Positions 49,633-62,900 of a stretch of DNA of 64,000 bases are shown piece by piece. Source of the stretch: Squalus acanthias (taxonomy: Eukaryota); contig JASTWF010000329.1 in the NCBI GenBank assembly GCA_030390025.1, forward strand, positions 310,001 through 374,000, given 5' to 3'. The notes beneath the pieces are model-generated. The model searched no databases, was not told the origin of the DNA, and saw nothing but the letters and a program-made list of their open reading frames with translations. A program made the position numbers and the translations under genes. Position 1 is the stretch's first letter. Each line of letters begins with the position of its first letter.

Positions 49633-50602
49633 TGCTGACGAAGGAGCAGAAGCAGCAGAGTGGTGGTCTCTGTGAGCAGGAAGAGGAGAAGGAGAAGGAG
49701 ACCAGACAGCAGACCACCACCAACACAACCAACAACCACAACAACTGAGGTGCCTGGAGAGAGAGGACAGGAGAGGAGAGGAGAAAGAAAAAAAGGCCAA
49801 GGCCATCAACAACAGAGGAGAGGCCTTTCCACACTGCCTCCTCAATTGGCCTCCATTTTAGGAGAGGGAGAGAGGGGAGAAAACAACACAACATCATCTG
49901 TTTGGAAGGAGGGAGGAAGGAAAGAACAGCTACAGGTGGGTGTGATTCTGGGGCACTCTCCCAGAGACTTTGTTTTGTAGGTGGGGGGAGGAAAGAAGAA
50001 AAAGAAGAAGGCCGGAACATCCAAGGGGTGTGTGTGTGTGTGGCTTTTGTAAAAGCTAGGCCGCACACACCATATTAAACACCCCTTTCCCATTGCCTGA
50101 CCTGGGACAGCTGGAGCTGCCTAGGTGAAGTCCCCAATTAATTTAATATTATTGGGCATCGTTAAGACCTGGTGCAGGACTGAGCCTGGGCATCTCCAGC
50201 TATCCCAGGTGAAGACATCTTCTCCCCCCACCAGAAGACCACCACCAAAGACTTTTTACATCGGAGAGTGCACCCCCCTGCCAACACCCACCCACCCACC
50301 ATCCTGAGTGGCGACCCTGCCCTTGCGGCTTCCCTCCTTCCCACCCCCCTCTCTCTCTCTCTTTGTCTCTTGTCTCTCTCTGCCTCTCTCTCTAAGAGGC
50401 ACCTCAATTAACTTTTTATTAAGTACCCATTGAGCAGAGGGGAGAAGGCCCCTCTCCTAATTAATTCATAAAAAGGGAGAGGTGTGCCTTCAATTTAAGA
50501 GCTCCCTCTGCTCAGGGGAAAACTAAAACAAAAAAACCGAGGCCATTAACACCTTCAGGCCTGTGACTTGGGGTGAGTGTAGCCCTTAAAGAACCCTCCA
50601 TT

Positions 50603-52756
50603 ATGGCGACCACATCTTCGCCGGTGGCGGGGGCAGCGAGGACATACGCAAGCGTGGCAGCCGCGGCCACGGCCGCAGCCACGAGTCCTCCTGTTACCCC
50701 GTCACCTTTTACCCTCCTTACGAGGAAGAATGGGGTCAAGAGCTACACTCACCCCAACATGACTATAGAGGCGTGTGTAAAAGCCATGGCTGGGGTTGTC
50801 GGCCCTTCAGCCATCGTCGCCGCCTCTAAAATGTACGGCAAGGCTGTGTTCTTCCTGGGGTCGGAGCGGGCGGTGTCCCTGGCCATCGAGAAGGGGCTCA
50901 CCGTGGGCGGGACCTTCCTGCCGGTGGACCCCCTTGAGGCCACCGCGCAAAGGATTGTGGTTTCCAACGTCCCGCCCTTTGTTCCGGGTGAGCTCCTCCT
51001 CCCCCACCTACGTCAACTGGGGGAGGTGAGGTCGGGGATCACACCCATCCCGCTCGGCTTCCGGGAAGCCAGCCTTCGGCACGTCTTCTCCTTCCGGCGC
51101 CAGCTTTTCGTCCGGCTGGCGCGGGAGGAGGACGCGGATGGCGCGTTCACGGTGCTCCACGGGGGGACCGCCCACCGCGTCTTCTGGACCTCGGACGGCG
51201 TGCGGTGCTACGCCTGTAAGGAGGTGGGGCACGTCCGCAAAAACTGCCCCGCCTCCAAGGCCGCCACGACACCTGGCGCGGCCAGGGTTGGCGCCGCCGC
51301 CCCCCCTCCCCCTGATGCTGTCCGCGCGTCGACGGCGACGGATGCGCGGTCGGAATCGGAGGCCAACACCACCACGGCCTCCGGCGGGGAGGAGGGAGAG
51401 CGTCCGGGGGGAAGGAAGGCGCGTAGGAAAAATAAACATCTAAGGGCGGATCCCCTCGTGGAGGAAACATCGGAGTTGACCGAACTCACGCCTGAGTATA
51501 TCGCGGAGTTGGTCGGGACGCATGAGACTGGGGGGGTCCTCGTGCCCGGGCCCGTGACCGTGACCGCAACTGCTGAGGCAGCTAAATCAAGACCTGCGGC
51601 CGGGCTCGGGCCCGAGGGGCCCAAGAAACCCAGTCGTCGGAAGGGGGCAGAGAGGGAGGCCCCAGCAGACATGGAGGCCTCCCCCTCTCCGGGCCCCAAC
51701 TTGTTAAAAAGAAAGCTCCGCCCCCAGCAGGAGGACTGCGAGGAGGAAGGTCCCTCCGCAAAAGGGGGGCAGTCGCCCGCCGCGGGTGCTGCGCCCCACC
51801 CCACCACCGTCATCGTCGCGCGCGATCGGCAGGGGTCGTCTGTCCCTCGGGAGGGTGAGACAGCCGAGTCTGTCCGACCTGTGCCTCCCGGGGATGGGGA
51901 AGAGACCCTGCCCGTGGGGGGGGGGCGCGGAACAACCCGCGGAGGGAAATGTAGTTACGGAACCGTTGCTCCTCGCCGGGTCGGGCGTCCTGGGGACTGG
52001 GGCGGGCGAGGCCAAAGAGGCTGAAGCCGAGCCCGCCTTTTATAACCCAGACATCTCCCAGGGACTGCTCGACCTGGTGGAGGAGTGTAGCAATCCCCAG
52101 CCCGCTGGGTCGGAGGTTGGTGGCGGGGAGACGGAAAGCCCCCTGACTCCGTCTCTGTTGTTGGCGCCGGACGTGCTGGAGGAATTTGGGATTATTTTCT
52201 CCCCGGTTTCTCCGGTCGCCCCGGCGCCTGAGGCGGGGGGGGGCCCCGAACCGCCGCCGCCTCCCGGCCCGGCGCCCCTGAAGGAGCCCAGGGTGGACTC
52301 CTCTGCCACCGATCCTGGGGGTGGGATCGTGACGGAGGCGGGGCCGGCCGGTGCGGCCGAGCCGTTCGCTGCACCCGTGTGACGGACGGGTTGGCCGCCG
52401 GTGACGACCTCCCGGAGGAGGACGGGGACTCGGTGTTGGGCATCGAGGACGATTTGGAGTCCATCGGCAGCGAGGCGATGGACGCCCTCGTGCCCTTCAC
52501 CGACTCTCCCCTCATCCCCGTAGGGGAACTCCGGGATTTTATGGCCATGAGCCAGGGTCGTCACAAGAAGATCCGGCTGGCCCTCGACAAGTGGTCGGAG
52601 CTGGCGCTGCTCGTCGTGTCCGTCCGCGCCGCCGTTAAAATCATGGGCGCGGACAAGGACGTTGGCCGGCTCGAGCTGCGTCGGCTCAAGACGTTCCACA
52701 CTGGGCTGCTGAGGGAGTGGCGGTCGTCAGTGACCGCGCTCCCTCCCCTCCGTTAG
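50603..52756 (+). CDS. Tx1 ORF1 (CCHC zinc knuckle), two frameshifts (~51920 G-run, ~52375)
   Basis: CYACKEVGHVRKNC, with N-terminal ASKMYGKAVFFL and VSNVPPF motifs. Confidence 0.8.
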
Positions 52757-52781
52757 GTAGAGGTTGCACTATGCTTCTGAG

Positions 52782-55700
52782 ATGAAGATAACCATAGCCA
52801 GCCTCAACATCAACGGCAGCAGGGAGGCGCGCCGTAGATTCAATAACTTCTCGGTCCTTCGGGACGGGAAATATGCGGTGTGCTTCCTGCAAGAAACCCA
52901 CACCGTTCCGGGAGACGAGGCCACGTGGCTCCTGGAGTGGCAAGGAGGGGTCAGCATGAGTCACCTCTCAACAATTCCTGCGGGGTGGCTGTCTTGCTGG
53001 CCCCGCATTTTCAGCCGGAGATCTTGAGGGTCAAGGAGCACGTGCCGGGCCGCTTGCTCCAGGTCACTGTTCGCCTGGGAGGCGTGCCGCTCCATTTAGT
53101 GAACGTGTACGCCCCCCGGACCGGTGCGCAGCAAGTGCGCTTCTTCGGAGAAGTGTCCGCTCTTCTGGGCTCCATCGACGTGGGCGAGTGCGTCATCCTC
53201 GGGGGGGATTTCAATTGTACCCTCGAGGCGCGGGACCGGTCGGGTCCCCCGCGAAGCCCGGCGGCGATGGAGAAGTTGCGGGACCTGGTCGGGTCCTTCG
53301 ACTTGGTGGACGTCTGGCGAAATCTCCATCCCGACTCCAGCGCCTTCACGAGCGTGAGGTCTGGAGGAGGAAGGTCCAGAATCGACCGCCTTTACATTTC
53401 CCGGGCGTACGTCTCCTGCGTTCCGGCGGCTTCCATGCGGCCGGTGCCGTGCACGGACCACCACCTGGTGTGGGCGGAGCTCGCTCCGCTGCGCGCGCGG
53501 GGGGGGTCCGCGTACTGGCATTTTAACAACCTGCTGCTGGAGGACGCGCGGTTCCGGGATTCGTTTCGCCGGTTCTGGGCCGACTGGAGAAGGAAGCGGG
53601 GAGGCTTCCCCTCCTTGAGGCTATGGTGGGACGTGGGCAAGGCTCACGTCCGCGTCTTCTGTCAGGAGTACGCGAAGGGGTCGACCAAGAGGCGGGAGGC
53701 CCGGGTCGGGCGATTGGAGAAAGAAGTGCTCGACCTGGAGTCCCGTCTCGGTCAAGTCGTCGAGGACCCGGCCCTGCGGAAGGTGTACGAAGAGAAGAAG
53801 GGCGCGCTGAAGGACCTGCAGCTGGTCGGGTCCCGAGGCGCGTACGTGAGGTCGCGGATCCAGTTCCTGCGGGACCTGGACCGCGGCTCCCCCTTCTTCT
53901 ACTCGCTGGAAAAAAGACGGGGGGTCCGTAAGCAGCTCTTGGGGCTGCTGGCCGACGACGGATCTCTGGTCTCGGATCCGGAGGGCATCAGCGCGGAGGC
54001 CCGGGCCTATTACGGGGCTCTGTTCTCTTCGGATCCGTCCAGCGAGGATGCGCGCAGAGTTTTGTGGGAGGACCTGCCGAAGGTCGGCCCGGAGGGCGCC
54101 GAGAATTTAGAAGCTCCGCTAAGCCTGGCGGAGCTGACCGGCGCCCTGCGCCAGCTCTCGAGGGGCAAGTCCCCGGGGCTGGACGGGCTGACCGTGGAGT
54201 TCCACAGGGCGTTCTGGGACGTCTTGGGGGACGACTACGCGCGGGTCCTGGGGGAAAGTCTGGCGACCGGGGAGATGCCCCTCTCTTGGCGCAGGGCGGT
54301 CATCGTCCTGCTGCCCAAGAAGGGCGATCTCCGCCTACTTAAGAACTGGCGCCCGGTCTCCCTCCTCAGCACGGACTACAAAATTTTCGCCAGGGCTATG
54401 TCTGCTCGCCTTGGCACCGTGCTGGCCCGCATGATCCACCCCGACCAGTCCTACACGGTCCCGGGCCGGAGTATCCACGATAACATCCATCTGGTCCGGG
54501 ACCTGGTCCACCATTCCCAGAGGGCTGGTCTGTCGGTCGCCTTCCTTTCCCTGGATCAGGAGAAGGCGTTCGACAGGGTGGATCACGAGTATCTTTTCGG
54601 GACTCTGCGCGCATTCGGGTTCGGGACGCATTTCGTCGCCCGGATCCGACTTCTGTACGCCGCCGCGGAGTGTCTCATTAAAGTTAACGGGTCTTTGACG
54701 GCGCCCCTTCGCTTCGGGAGGGGGGTGCGTCAGGGATGCCCCATGTCCGGTCAGTTATACGCCGTTTGCGTGGAGCCTTTCCTGCGCCTCTTGCGGAAGA
54801 GGTTGACGGGACTGGCTCTGCAAGGGCCGGGCGTGGAGGTGGTCCTCTCGGCTTACGCCGATGACGTGCTCCTCGCGGTCACGGATCCCGTCGACTTGCG
54901 GAGGATGCGAGAATGCCAGCAGATTTACTCAGACGCATCCTCCGCCAAGATCAACTGGGAGAAATGTTCTGGACTCCTGGTGGGCCCATGGCGGGTGGAC
55001 TCCCTGCCGGAGGAGTTCGGGCCTTTCGCCTGGAGCACCACGCACCTCCTCTACCTGGGAGTCTACCTCAGCCCGGCCGAGGACGCCTGGCCGGCGAACT
55101 GGCAAGAGCTGGAGGCCAAAGTCACCGCTCGCCTAGGGCGCTGGACAGGACTGCTCCGAGTGTTGTCCTACAGGGGTCGAGCGCTGGTCATAAACCAGCT
55201 GGTGGCCGCCATGTTGTGGTACCGGTTGGTCACTTTGATCCCTCCCCCTGCGTTTGTCGCCAAGATGCAGAAGAAGCTCGTCGACTTCTTCTGGGACAAA
55301 AGGAAGCACTGGGTCTCTGCCGCGGTTTTGAGTCTCCCGCTTAGGGAGGGCGGTCAGGCGCTGGTGTGCCTTCGCACCCAGGCGGCGACTTTCCGTCTTC
55401 AGACGCTGCAGAGATACCTGTACGTGGAGAATCCTCCTAGGTGGCGTGCGCTGGCGACGTATTTCTTCCGCCAGCTGCACGGCCTCAATTACGACACGCA
55501 GCTCCTGTTTGTGAGAGTGGGTGGCACGCGTGCCAGCCTGCGGGAGCTGCCTGTCTTCTACCAGGAACTGCTATGGGTTTGGAACAGCGTCGCCTCCGAG
55601 CGCAGTTCTCCCCCGTCAGGAGCGGCGGCCGTCCTTCGGGAGCCGCTGTTCAGGAATCCGCACCTCCACGACCGCGGGTTCGGCTGGCTGGCGGAGGGCA

Positions 55701-56680
55701 GGGCTGTGCCCGGTAAGGTGACCAGAGTCGGGGACCTGCTCGATGGCGGAGGAGCGGGCTGGATGGCGCCGGAGGAGTTGGCGAGGCGCATGTCCTGGGT
55801 CAACGTCCGGCTCGCGGTCAAAGCCATCGAGTCGCTAAAAGTGGCACTGGGCCCCGTCTCCACTAGGTGTGTCGAGGAGGCTCAAGCACGTGGGGCGATC
55901 CCGTCCGAACTGACCCCCGTTCGGACGGAATTCCTTATCGGCGCCCGGCCCCGAATCCTCCCTCGGGAGCCGCCGCCTCACCACTTGAGCCTTCTCGGAG
56001 AAATGCCCTCCGTGCCCTTTCAATCCGCACGGAGGCGTTTCCTGTACGGGCTGCTCCTGCACACTCTCCACTTTGCCATCTTCGTCTGCCGTCCGGACAC
56101 GCCTTGGCGTACCATCCTGCCGTCCGGCGGAGGCGAAGGTCCCCATTGGAAGGCTCTCTACGCGGGAGTCTTCCCTTGTTCTATTGGGGACTTGGCCTGG
56201 AGGGTGTTGCACGGAGCAGTCCCGTGCAATAGGATTTTAAGTAGGTTTACGGACTCCCAGGCTGCTTGCCATTTCTGCGGCCTGGAGGAGTCCGTCTATC
56301 ACATTTATGTTGAGTGTGAGAGGTTGCAGCCCCTCTTTCATTATTTGAAGGGGCTGCTCCTCAATTTCTGGTTGCACTTCAGCCCCACGCTCCTGATCTA
56401 CGGTCACCCGGTGCGGAGGGGAGCGGGTAGGTCGGAGGACCTCCTCGTAGGACTGCTCCTGGGCCTGGCCAAGAAAGCCATTAATTGGTCCAGGCAGCGG
56501 GCGGTCGAGGGGGTCGTTCGGCCCGATTGCCTGCCTCTCTTCCGCGGCCATGTTCGCGCCCGGGTGGCCCTGGAGATGGAGCACGCGGTGTCCGCCGGCA
56601 CGCTTGAGTTTTTCCGCGACCGGTGGGCGCCGCGGGGGCTGGAGTGCATCGTCACCCCGGACTTCCAAATTTTGATTTGA
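52782..56680 (+). CDS. Tx1 ORF2 (APE endonuclease, RT, C-terminal zinc finger), one frameshift at ~52970
   Basis: SLNING, FLQETH, GGDFN, DH; GVRQGCPMS, YADD; CHFC-x8-H-x4-C. Confidence 0.9.
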
Positions 56681-57766
56681 TTTATTAAGTTTCATTTAAA
56701 GTTTTAATTGATTTACAGTAAATTTGTGTTGTCCAACCAAAAAGAGGAACACCAGGTTATAGTCCAACAGTTTTATTTGAAATCACAAGCTTTCAGAGCT
56801 GCTGACGGAGGAGCAGCAGCAGCAGAGTGGTGGTCTCTGTGACCAGGAAGAGGAGAAGGAGACCAGACAGCAGACCACCACCAACAACCAACAACCACTA
56901 CTGAGGTGCCTGGAGAGAGAGGACAGGAGAGGAGAGGGAAAAGAAAGGAAGGCCAAGGCCATTAACAACAGAGGAGAGGCCTTTCCATCACTGCCTCCTC
57001 AATTGGCCTCCATTTTAGGAGAGGGAGAGAGGGGAGAAAACACCAACAAACATCATCTGTTTGGAAGGAGGGAGGAAGGAAAGAAAGAACAGCTACAGGT
57101 GGGTGTGATTTCTGGGGCACTCTCCCAGAGACTTTGTTTTGTAGGTGGGGGGAGGAAAGAAGAAAAGAAGAGGGCCGGAACATCCAAGGGGTGTGTGTGT
57201 GTGTGTGTGGCTTTTGTAAAAGCTAGGCCGCACACACCATATTAAACACCCCTTCCCATTGCCTGACCTGGGACAGCTGGAGCTGCCTAGGTGAAGTCCC
57301 CAATTAATTTAATCTAATTGGGCATCGTTAAGACCTGGTGCAGGACTGAGCCTGGGCATCTCCAGCTATCCCAGGTGAAGACATCTTCTCCCCCCACCAG
57401 AAGACCACCACCAAAGACTTTTATTACATCGGAGAGTGCACTCCCTGCCAACACCCACCCACCCACCATCTTGAGTGGCGACCCTGCCCTTGCGGCTTCC
57501 CTCCTTCCCACCCCCCTCTCTCTCTCTCTTTGTCTCTTGTCTCTCTCTGCCTCTCTCTCTAAGAGGCACCTCAATTACTTTTAATTAAGTACCCATTGAG
57601 CAGAGGGGAGAAGGCCCCTCTCCTAATTAATTCATATAAAGGGAGAGGTGTGCCTTCAATTTAAGAGCTCCCTCTGCTCAGGGGAAAACAAAAACAAAAA
57701 ACCGAGGCCATTAACACCTTCAGGCCTGTGACTTGGGGTGAGTGTAGCCCTTAAAGACCCTCCATT

Positions 57767-59931
57767 ATGGCGAGCACATCTTCGTCGGTGGCGGGGGCAG
57801 CGAGGACGTATGCGAGCGTGGCAGCCGCGGCCACGGCCGCAGCCACGAGTCCTCCTGTTACCCCGTCACCTTTTACCCTCCTTACGAGGAAGAATGGGGT
57901 CAAGAGCTACACTCACCCCAACATGACTATAGAGGCGTGCGTAAAAGCCATGGCTGGGGTTGTCGGCCCTTCAGCCATCGTCGCCGCCTCTAAAATGTAC
58001 GGCAAGGCTGTGTTCTTCCTGGGGTCGGAGCGGGCGGTGTCCCTGGCCATCGAGAAGGGGCTCACCGTGGGCGGGACCTTCCTGCCGGTGGACCCCCTTG
58101 AGGCCACCGCGCAAAGGATTGTGGTTTCCAACGTCCCGCCCTTTGTTCCGGGTGAGCTCCTCCTCCCCCACCTACGTCAACTGGGGGAGGTGAGGTCGGG
58201 GATCACACCCATCCCGCTCGGCTTCCAGGAAGCCAGCCTTCGGCACGTCTTCTCCTTCCGGCGCCAGCTTTTCGTCCGGCTGGCGCGGGAGGAGGACGCG
58301 GACGGCGCGTTCACGGTGCTCCACGGGGGGACCGCCCACCGCGTCTTCTGGACCTCGGACGGCGTGCGGTGCTACGCCTGTAAGGAGGTGGGGCACGTCC
58401 GCAAAAACTGCCCCGCCTCCAAGGCCGCCACGACACCTAGCGCGGCCAGGGCTGGCGCCGCCGCCCCCCCTCCCCCTGATACTGTCCGCGCGTCGAAGGC
58501 GACGGATGCGCGGTCGAAATCGGAGGCCAACACCATCACGGCCTCCAGCGGGGAGGAGGGAGAGCGTCCGGGGGGAAGGAAGGCGCTTAGAAAGAATAAA
58601 CACCTAAGGGCGGATCCCCTCGCGGAGGAAACATCCGATTTGACAGAACTCACGCCCGAGTACATCGCGGAGTTGATCGGGACGCGGGAGACGGGGGGGG
58701 TCCTCGTGCCCGGGCCCGTGACTGTGACCGCAACTGCCAAGGCAGCTAAATCAAGACCTGCGGCCGGGCTCGGGCCCGAGGGGCCCAAGAAACCCAGTCA
58801 TCGGAAGGGGGCAGAGGGGGAGGCCCCAGCAGACATGGAGGCCTCCCCCTCTCCGGGCCCCAATATGTTAAAAAGGAAGCTCGACCCCCAGGAGGAGGAC
58901 TGCGAGGAGGAAGGTCCCTCCGCAGAAGGGGAGTCGTCGCCCGCCGCGGGTACTGCGCCCCACCCCACCACCGTCATCGTCGCGCGCGAGCGGCAGGGGT
59001 CGCCTGTCCCTCGGGAGGGTGAGACAGCCGAGTCTGTCCGACCTGTGCCTCCCGGGGATGGGGAAGAGACCCTGCCCGTGGGGGGGGGGCGCGGAACAAC
59101 CCGCGGATATTAATATTAATAATAAAAATCCAGAACCGTTGCTCCTCGCCGGGTCGGGCGTCCTGGGGACTGGGGCGGGCGAGGCCAAAGAGGCTGAAGC
59201 CGAGCCCGCCTTTTACAACCCAGATATCTCCCAGGGACTGCTCGACCTGGTGGAGGAGTATAACAATCCCCAGCCCGCTGGGTCGGAGGTTGGTGGCGGG
59301 GAGACAGAAAGCCCCCTGACTCCGTCTCTGATGTTGGCGCCGGACGTACTGGAGGACTTTGAGATTATTTTCTCCCCGGTTTCTCCGGTCGCTCCGGCGC
59401 CTGAGGCGGGGGGGGGGCCCCGAACCGCCGCCGCCTCCCGGCCCGGCGCCCCTGAAGGAGCCCAGGGTGGACTCCTCTGCCACCGATCCTGGGGGTGGGA
59501 TCGTGACGGAGGCGGGGCCGGCCGGTGCGGCCGAGCCGTTCGCTGCACTCCGTGCGACGGACGGGTTGACCGCCGGTGACGACCTCCCGGAGGAGGACGG
59601 GGACTCGGTGTTGGGCACCGAGGACGATTTGGAGTCCATCGGCGGCGAGGTGATGGACGCCCTCGTGCCCTTCACCGACTCTCCCCTCATCCCCGTAGGG
59701 GAACTCCGGGATTTTATGGCCACGAGCCAGGGTCGTCACAAGAAGATCCGGCTGGCCCTCGACAAGTGGTCGGAGCTGGCGCTGCTCGTCGTGTCCGTCC
59801 GCGCCGCCGTTAAAATCATGGGCGCGGACAAGGACGTTGGCCGGCTCGAGCTGCGTCGGCTCAAGAGTTTCCACACTGGGCTGCTGAGGGAGTGGCGGTC
59901 GTCAGTGACCGCGCTCCCTCCCCTCCGTTAG
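57767..59931 (+). CDS. Tx1 ORF1, copy 2, frameshifts in two G-runs (~59085, ~59412)
   Basis: Same motifs as copy 1. Confidence 0.8.
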
Positions 59932-59956
59932 GTAGAGGTTGCACTATGCTTCTGAG

Positions 59957-62900
59957 ATGAAGATAACCATAGCCAGCCTCAACATCAACGGCAGCAGGGA
60001 GGCGCGCCGTAGATTCAATAACTTCTCGGTCCTTCGGGACGGGAAATATGCGGTGTGCTTCCTGCAAGAAACCCACACCGTTCCGGGAGACGAGGCCACG
60101 TGGCTCCTGGAGTGGCAAGGAGGGGTCAGCATGAGTCACCTCTCAACAATTCCTGCGGGGTGGCTGTCTTGCTGGCCCCGCATTTTCAGCCGGAGATCTT
60201 GAGGGTCAAGGAGCACGTGCCGGGCCGCTTGCTCCAGGTCACTGTTCGCCTGGGAGGCGTGCCGCTCCATTTAGTGAACGTGTACGCCCCCCGGACCGGT
60301 GCGCAGCAAGTGCGCTTCTTCGGAGAAGTGTCCGCTCTTCTGGGCTCCATCGACGTGGGCGAGTGCGTCATCCTCGGGGGGGATTTCAATTGTACCCTCG
60401 AGGCGCGGGACCGGTCGGGTCCCCCGCGAAGCCCGGCGGCGATGGAGAAGTTGCGGGACCTGGTCGGGTCCTTCGACTTGGTGGACGTCTGGCGAAATCT
60501 CCATCCCGACTCCAGCGCCTTCACGAGCGTGAGGTCTGGAGGAGGAAGGTCCAGAATCGACCGCCTTTACATTTCCCGGGCGTACGTCTCCTGCGTTCCG
60601 GCGGCTTCCATGCGGCCGGTGCCGTGCACGGACCACCACCTGGTGTGGGCAGAGCTCGCTCCGCTGCGCGCGCGGGGGGGGTCCGCGTACTGGCATTTTA
60701 ACAACCTGCTGCTGGAGGACGCGCGGTTCCGGGATTCGTTTCGCCGGTTCTGGGCCGACTGGAGAAGGAAGCGGGGAGGCTTCCCCTCCTTGAGGCTATG
60801 GTGGGACGTGGGCAAGGCTCACGTCCGCGTCTTCTGTCAGGAGTACGCGAAGGGGTCGACCAAGAGGCGGGAGGCCCGGGTCGGGCGATTGGAGAAAGAA
60901 GTGCTCGACCTGGAGTCCCGTCTCGGTCAAGTCGTCGAGGACCCGGCCCTGCGGAAGGTGTACGAAGAGAAGAAGGGCGCGCTGAAGGACCTGCAGCTGG
61001 TCGGGTCCCGAGGCGCGTACGTGAGGTCGCGGATCCAGTTCCTGCGGGACCTGGACCGCGGCTCCCCCTTCTTCTACTCGCTGGAAAAAAGACGGGGGGT
61101 CCGTAAGCAGCTCTTGGGGCTGCTGGCCGACGACGGATCTCTGGTCTCGGATCCGGAGGGCATCAGCGCGGAGGCCCGGGCCTATTACGGGGCTCTGTTC
61201 TCTTCGGATCCGTCCAGCGAGGATGCGCGCAGAGTTTTGTGGGAGGACCTGCCGAAGGTCGGCCCGGAGGGCGCCGAGAATTTAGAAGCTCCGCTAAGCC
61301 TGGCGGAGCTGACCGGCGCCCTGCGCCAGCTCTCGAGGGGCAAGTCCCCGGGGCTGGACGGGCTGACCGTGGAGTTCCACAGGGCGTTCTGGGACGTCTT
61401 GGGGGACGACTACGTGCGGGTCCTGGGGGAAAGTCTGGCGACCGGGGAGATGCCCCTCTCTTGGCGCAGGGCGGTCATCGTCCTGCTGCCCAAGAAGGGC
61501 GATCTCCGCCTACTTAAGAACTGGCGCCCGGTCTCCCTCCTCAGCACGGACTACAAAATTTTCGCCAGGGCTATGTCTGCTCGCCTTGGCACCGTGCTGG
61601 CCCGCATGATCCACCCCGACCAGTCCTACACGGTCCCGGGCCGGACAATCCACGACAACATCCATCTGGTCCGGGACCTGGTCCACCATTCCCAGAGGGC
61701 TGGTCTGTCGGTCGCCTTCCTTTCCCTGGATCAGGAGAAGGCGTTCGACAGGGTGGATCACGAGTATCTTTTCGGGACTCTGCGCGCATTCGGGTTCGGG
61801 ACGCATTTCGTCGCCCGGATCCGACTTCTGTACGCCGCCGCGGAGTGTCTGATTAAAGTTAACGGGTCTTTGACGGCGCCCCTTCGCTTCGGGAGGGGGG
61901 TGCGTCAGGGATGCCCCATGTCCGGTCAGTTATACGCCGTTTGCGTGGAGCCTTTCCTGCGCCTCTTGCGGAAGAGGTTGACGGGACTGGCTCTGCAAGG
62001 GCCGGGCGTGGAGGTGGTCCTCTCGGCTTACGCCGATGACGTGCTCCTCGCGGTCACGGATCCCGTCGACTTGCGGAGGATGCGAGAATGCCAGCAGATT
62101 TACTCGGACGCATCCTCCGCCAAGATCAACTGGGAGAAATGTTCTGGACTCCTGGTGGGCCCATGGCAGGTGGACTCCCTGCCGGAGGAGTTCGGGCCTT
62201 TCGCCTGGAGCACCACGCACCTCCTCTACCTGGGAGTCTACCTCAGCCCGGCCGAGGACGCCTGGCCGGCGAACTGGCAAGAGCTGGAGGCCAAAGTCAC
62301 CGCTCGCCTAGGGCGCTGGACAGGACTGCTCCGAGTGCTGTCCTACAGGGGTCGAGCGCTGGTCATAAACCAGCTGGTGGCCGCCATGTTGTGGTACCGG
62401 TTGGTCACTTTGATCCCTCCCCCTGCGTTTGTCGCCAAGATGCAGAAGAAGCTCGTCGACTTCTTCTGGGACAAAAGGAAGCACTGGGTCTCTGCCGCGG
62501 TTTTGAGTCTCCCGCTTAGGGAGGGCGGTCAGGCGCTGGTGTGCCTTCGCACCCAGGCGGCGACTTTCCGTCTTCAGACGCTGCAGAGATACCTGTACGT
62601 GGAGAATCCTCCTAGGTGGCGTGCGCTGGCGACGTATTTCTTCCGCCAGCTGCACGGCCTCAATTACGACACGCAGCTCCTGTTTGTGAGAGTGGGTGGC
62701 ACGCGTGCCAGCCTGCGGGAGCTGCCTGTCTTCTACCAGGAACTGCTATGGGTTTGGAACAGCGTCGCCTCCGAGCGCAGTTCTCCCCCGTCAGGAGCGG
62801 CGGCCGTCCTTCGGGAGCCGCTGTTCAGGAATCCGCACCTCCACGACCGCGGGTTCGGCTGGCTGGCGGAGGGCAGGGCTGTGCCCGGTAAGGTGACCAG

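Larger units (their letters stand above)
49633..56747 (+). mobile_element. Full-length Tx1-clade non-LTR retrotransposon, copy 1
   Basis: ~970-bp 5' UTR, zinc-knuckle ORF1, APE-RT-zinc finger ORF2 and a short T-rich 3' UTR ending aaaaagagg. CpG-rich, which suggests it is young. Confidence 0.93.

Noticed and set aside
52880..56695. Many overlapping alternative-frame and antisense ORFs in Tx1
   Set aside because: Expected in GC-rich sequence, and they have no recognisable motifs. The track's ORF2 start at 52880 is an artefact of the frameshift.
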